From: Eledone cirrhosa | Taxonomy: Eukaryota | Reading direction: 5' to 3' | DNA length: 64,000 nucleotides | Assembly: GCA_964016885.1 (NCBI GenBank) | Contig: OZ024764.1 | Span: forward strand, 6,944,001-7,008,000 | Shown here: positions 59,421 through 64,000 of the stretch, in pieces | How positions within the stretch are numbered: the stretch's first letter is position 1 | Layout: each line of letters begins with the position of its first letter | The notes under the pieces: model-generated | What the model saw: only the letters and a program-made list of their open reading frames with translations | Told to the model about the DNA's origin: nothing | Databases searched by the model: none | Made by a program: the position numbers and the translations under genes

Positions 59421-59477
59421 GTCAGGTGTGAGTGACCCTTATTGTGTGATAAAGATAGACAATGAACCCATTGCCAG
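59421..59477 (+). CDS. RASAL1: 57-bp internal exon of a GAP1-family RasGAP (RASAL1/RASA4-like), C2A domain
   Basis: Acceptor tttttgacAG, donor agGTAAGT; translates (x)SGVSDPYCVIKIDNEPIAR, matching my recollection of RASA4 TGSSDPYCIVKVDNEPIIR and RASAL1 SGSSDPYCLVKVDDEVVAR; RASAL1 versus RASA4 cannot be resolved. Confidence 0.85.
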
Positions 59478-59622
59478 GTAAGTTTCTCTTGTTTCACTCA
59501 TTTGACTGCTCTTTGGCCATACTGGGGCACCAACCATATAACCATATTGATACCAATACTTATTATATCGATCCCCTCTTGAACTTATCTATCCTTCTAT
59601 TTATTCCCCTCACTCTCTCTCC

Positions 59623-59663
59623 TCTTGCCTTCTGATGATGGACTAATGTCCGAAATGTCAAGA
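59623..59663 (+). ncRNA. Minimal hammerhead ribozyme motif
   Basis: cctt-CTGATGA-t-GGAC taat GTCC-GAAA-tg-TC-aaga; the tail caagcattaaactaatatat is shared with a truncated copy at 57505-57560. Confidence 0.75.
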
Positions 59664-60309
59664 TTGTTTTCCTATTATATCAAGCATTAAACTAATATAT
59701 ATCTTCACTGTACTGTATGGATTTGCTGTGTTGTAAATCCATTTACTTTTCACATACATGAATACATACACACAATCACACCTGTATGTGTGTGTGTGTG
59801 TGTGAAGACCCCCTTTGCTCACAAATGACCATGGCATTTACACCTAGAATGTTGCACTCCCAGGCACGAGTCCGGACCAGGTTGTTTGTGGAAGACCAGC
59901 AGTCACCCCTGGTATACCAGTCTCCCCTCTCCATACCACTGATGTTACCCAATGGAGAGGCAATGGCTGATACAGCTTGGCACCAGTGACGTCACAACTC
60001 ATATATACACTATATATATATACTATATATATAGACTATATATATACTATATATACACTATATATATAGATTATATATATACTATATATACACTATATAT
60101 ATAGACTATATATATAGTGTATATACACTATATATATAGACTATATATATACTATATATAGACTATATATATATAGACTATATATATACTATATATACAC
60201 TATATACGCTTTGACTTCTAACTAATTCACCAATCTCTCCTCTCCTATCTCCATCTCTCTCTTTAAGATTGGTTACTCTTGAACTGTGTATGTATATATA
60301 TATATATGT

Positions 60310-60367
<58 letters not shown>

Positions 60368-60500
60368 CAGGAAAGAAGGTTTACATGGTTTGCTATACAA
60401 AAAAGTTTTTAATCACATAGCTTACATTTGTTTCACTGAACTGGTATGTCTAGAGATCGCTATCCGCCTAATTTTGCGTCTAACTATTATTTGTTAATCC

Positions 60501-60546
<46 letters not shown>

Positions 60547-60548
<2 letters not shown>

Positions 60549-60972
60549 AAAGTTATATTTAAATTGTTGGGTTAACAACGAGTAAATATTTATAACTGAT
60601 ATAAAGCACTCAACAAGTATTTGGAGTATATTTATGATATTAAATAAATGGAAACTATATTTATAAAACCATATTTATTTCGTTATATATATTTCAGGGA
60701 TATCATATTAACAATATGTTATGCCTTCTTCAGACAAAATACAATATAAACAGTCTTATAAATAAATAGATACGACATACCTTTCAATCACCTTGCATTT
60801 GGGAGGTTGATTTGGCAAGGTGATTGAAAGGTATGTCGTATCTATTTATTTATAAGACTGTTTATATTGTATTTTGTCTGAAGAAGGCATAACATATTGT
60901 TAATATGATATCCCTGAAATATATATAACGAAATAAATATGGTTTTATAAATATAGTTTCCATTTATTTAAT

Positions 60973-60978
<6 letters not shown>
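60547..60978 (-). mobile_element. Fold-back hammerhead element in (TA)n
   Basis: Arms 60633-60796 and 60815-60978; hammerheads at 60678-60739 (-) and 60872-60933 (+): ttttgt-CTGAAGA-agg..cct-GAAA-TATATA-TA-acgaaa. Confidence 0.85.
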
Positions 60979-61007
<29 letters not shown>

Positions 61008-61062
61008 ACATATACATATATATGTGTATAAATATGTATACACATATATATATATATATATA

Positions 61063-61320
61063 TAGGAGGTGAGTTTTATTGTAGTACAATAAAGCAATGC
61101 AGATATCGGATAAGAAGCACTCTACAGTTTGTGGGACTGGAGTATGCATAATATAAGATCAAAAGATGGTTAAAGGAGTTCCATATATTTTATTATGCGC
61201 ATTTCAAAAACAAACATCATCAAGCAATAATATTTGTGTTTTCATCAGATAAAACAGGAGAACATGATATGAAGGCTAAAAAACACTTGTGGATAGTGCA
61301 GTTTTAAATCAACATATCAT
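61063..61320 (-). mobile_element. Hammerhead element (TGCGCA family) with complete tail
   Basis: Hammerhead at 61188-61254 (-), followed by ACTC...GAGTGCTT and (TA)n. Confidence 0.82.
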
Positions 61321-61506
61321 GTTGATGTATACATATACATATATATGTATATAAATATGTATACATATATATATATATATATATATGTATACATATATAT
61401 ATATACATATGCATATATATATGTATATAAATAAATATATATATTTTTTTTAAAAATAAGACTCCAGTTGCATTTTCGATTTCATTTCTTTTTCTTTATA
61501 TATATG

Positions 61507-61541
<35 letters not shown>

Positions 61542-61648
61542 GTATACATATACATATATATATGTATATATATGTATACATATACATATATATATATGTA
61601 TATGTATATATATGTATACATATATATATGTATATGTATACATATATA

Positions 61649-64000
61649 TCATCATCATCATCATCACCGTTTTACGTCCGTTCTTCCACGCTAGCATGGG
61701 TTAGACGGGTTGTCCTGTTGTGGGCAGTGTCTGGTCGGCTGACCATGCCTTGCTCATACAGGAACTGATCTGGCTTGATTTCTACAGCTGGATGCCCTTC
61801 CTAACACCAACCTCATTTACAGTGAGTGCTGGGTGCTTTTTCGTGGCGCCTACACGTCCACTTTACAGTGTGGGCTGGGTGCTTTTTTGCCGTGGCACCT
61901 CCACGGCCACCTTGCGCTGGAGGGGGGGGGGCATATTGTTTATATGCTTCAGCATGTACCCATGGGAGGTCGGGTACCCTGTATTACTGCGTGACGCCAG
62001 AAGTCACGGTCGTGTGTCATTGACTTTGAGAGGTGTAGTTGGGTAAGGTCGGCTTTTATCACCTCATCCCAAGTCATCTTGGGTCTCCCCACTCCGCGGT
62101 TTCCATCAACTTCTAGTGCTCTGCACCTTTTTATGCAGCTGTCATCCTTCATACGCATCACATGTCCATACCAGCGTAACCGCCTCTCCTGCACGCAGCA
62201 TTTGATTCCTCTTATGCTCAGTCTCTCTCTCAATTCCTTTATGCTTTGTCGTTCACGTATATTACTGTTACACATCCATCGGAGCATGCAGGCTTCGTTT
62301 CTCTCTAATCTACGTAAGTCTTCCACCTTCAGCGCCCAGGTCTCACTACCATGCAACATCGCTGTTCGGATACACGCATCATACAGTCTGCCTTTCATTC
62401 TGAGGGAGAAGCCTTTTGCAGCTAGCAGTGGTAGTAGTTCCCTAAACTTCTTCCATCCCGTTCTTACCCTAGTTATTGTACTTTCTGAGCACCCACCTCC
62501 GTTGCTAATTCGGTCACCTAGGTAGCAGAAGCTGTCTACCGTTTCTACAGGGCCCTCCCAGAGATTGGTGGTACTTGTTTCCTGTGGCTGTTTGCTTGCT
62601 GTTTCAGCACAGCTGCTGCATGTGAATCCTACATTCTTAATTAAGCTTCCTGAGATCCCGCTACATCTCTTGTGTACCCATTGTTTGCATTTGGGGCAGA
62701 GAATGGAGTTTCTACCTACACCTTTCCTACATACTGAGCAAGGCCATTTCCCTGAGGGGATCTGGGTTCTGTTTTCTCGTCTACTTACAAGGACCTTAGT
62801 CTTTGTCATGTTGACTTTGAGGCCCTTTCTCTCTAGTCCCTGCTTCCAGGTTTGGAATTTATTCTCTAGTTCTACCATAGATTCAGCTATGAGTGCGAGG
62901 TCATCAGCATACAGGAGTTCCCATGGGCATCCGGTCTTAAACTCCTCCGTTATTGCCTGCAGGACTATGATGAACAGGAGAGGGCTAAGAACAGAGCCCT
63001 GGTGGACCCCAACCTGTACGCTAAATTCCTCGCTATACTCATTGCCAATCCTAACTTTGCTGACTGCTCCCCTATACATGGCTTGTACCGCTTTCACAAG
63101 CCATTCATCTACTCCTAGTTTTCTAAGAGCCCACCAGATTACTGCACGTGGAACTCTGTCAAAGGCTTTCTCAAGGTCGACAAATGCCAAGTAGAGTGGC
63201 TTACTTTTAGCTAGGTACTTTTCCTGTAATTGCCTCACAAGGAAGAGCGCATCAGTGGTGCCTTTCCCTGGTACAAACCCAAATTGCATCTCGTCTATAT
63301 TCACCCGGTCCCTAATCAGCTGTGCTATAACTCTTTCTGTTACTTTCATGACCTGGTCCATCAACTTTATACCTCTATAGTTTCCTCTATCTAGTGCATC
63401 GCCTTTACCTTTGTAGCAGTTGACAATGATGCTACTGCACCAATCTTTTGGTATGGCCCCCTCTAGTATTACCTGGTTAACGATACGTGTGGTTATAGTG
63501 TGACCTACAGACCCAGATGCCTTCAGCATCTCGGCAGCTATACCCGATGGACCGGTTGCCTTCCCTATCTTCATATCTCTGATTGCCTTACTTACTACGC
63601 TGCCGCTGACTTGTACTGCTGGTCCCTCTATAGGGTCTACGTGGGGTAGGGTCTCTTCTTCCCATGCATTCTCCTCATTTAGTAATCTATCATAATGACT
63701 CTTCCATGCATCTTTCTTCTCAGCACTTGTGAGGGCAAGCTCACCTTTATCATTCCGGATACACTTCTCTCCAATGACATCACAACTATCTCTGACACAC
63801 TGCCTCGCAATCTTGAATACCTCCTGTTTCTGGTCCTCACGTTGTAAAACATGCTTGAATTTTCTATCCTCTGCTTCCCTCCTAGCTAAGTATACTTGTC
63901 GCCTAGCTTCCCTCTTGGTCTCTATGTAATGTACCCTGCTCCCCCCGTTCTTCCATTCTTTCCATGCCTGTCTCTTGGCCTTGACTGCTTCATCTACCTT
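61649..64000 (-). mobile_element. RTE-clade LINE, 3' 2.35 kb, continues beyond the window
   Basis: Open ORF, 3' UTR and (GAT)n tail at 61649-61665. Confidence 0.95.
61949..64000 (-). CDS. RTE LINE reverse transcriptase ORF (5'-partial, ~683 aa open) with PHD finger insertion
   Basis: Frame reads open from 64000 (KVDEAVKAKRQAWKEWK..) into ORF 61949..63574; NYRGIKL, QFGF, FVDLEKAFDRV, QGSVLSP, YADD, YLG. Confidence 0.93.
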   Translation of the reverse strand, partial: KVDEAVKAKRQAWKEWKNGGSRVHYIETKREARRQVYLARREAEDRKFKHVLQREDQKQEVFKIARQCVRDSCDVIGEKCIRNDKGELALTSAEKKDAWKSHYDRLLNEENAWEEETLPHVDPIEGPAVQVSGSVVSKAIRDMKIGKATGPSGIAAEMLKASGSVGHTITTRIVNQVILEGAIPKDWCSSIIVNCYKGKGDALDRGNYRGIKLMDQVMKVTERVIAQLIRDRVNIDEMQFGFVPGKGTTDALFLVRQLQEKYLAKSKPLYLAFVDLEKAFDRVPRAVIWWALRKLGVDEWLVKAVQAMYRGAVSKVRIGNEYSEEFSVQVGVHQGSVLSPLLFIIVLQAITEEFKTGCPWELLYADDLALIAESMVELENKFQTWKQGLERKGLKVNMTKTKVLVSRRENRTQIPSGKWPCSVCRKGVGRNSILCPKCKQWVHKRCSGISGSLIKNVGFTCSSCAETASKQPQETSTTNLWEGPVETVDSFCYLGDRISNGGGCSESTITRVRTGWKKFRELLPLLAAKGFSLRMKGRLYDACIRTAMLHGSETWALKVEDLRRLERNEACMLRWMCNSNIRERQSIKELRERLSIRGIKCCVQERRLRWYGHVMRMKDDSCIKRCRALEVDGNRGVGRPKMTWDEVIKADLTQLHLSKSMTHDRDFWRHAVIQGTRPPMGTC

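Overview
Repeat-saturated metazoan genomic DNA. It is very rich in (TA)n/(CA)n/(CAT)n, with RTE LINEs, tRNA-headed SINEs and Penelope elements; the repeat repertoire suggests an octopus/coleoid genome (inference). Almost all ORF-track entries are microsatellite or repeat artefacts. One convincing host exon is present: 59421-59477 (+), a C2A-domain exon of a RASAL1/RASA4-type RasGAP, so much of the window may be intronic. Mobile content: a long open RTE ORF with a PHD finger inside the RT (61949-64000, -) and many RTE fragments; two Penelope (Neptune-like, C-terminal GIY-YIG) fragments; a Helitron RepHel fragment; a CRE-like endonuclease fragment inside a probable hAT-type element; two SINE families; and many TE-derived tandem arrays. 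The main unexplained structure is more than 20 type-I hammerhead ribozyme motifs from about 10 unrelated sequence families. They sit in short non-coding elements embedded in (TA)n, are often arranged as long fold-back palindromes, and have self-complementary stem III. Several share an upstream GGTATGTC motif and a downstream ACTC...GAGTRCTT motif, and one family carries a compensatory U3-A8 catalytic core. All coordinates and folds were read by eye.
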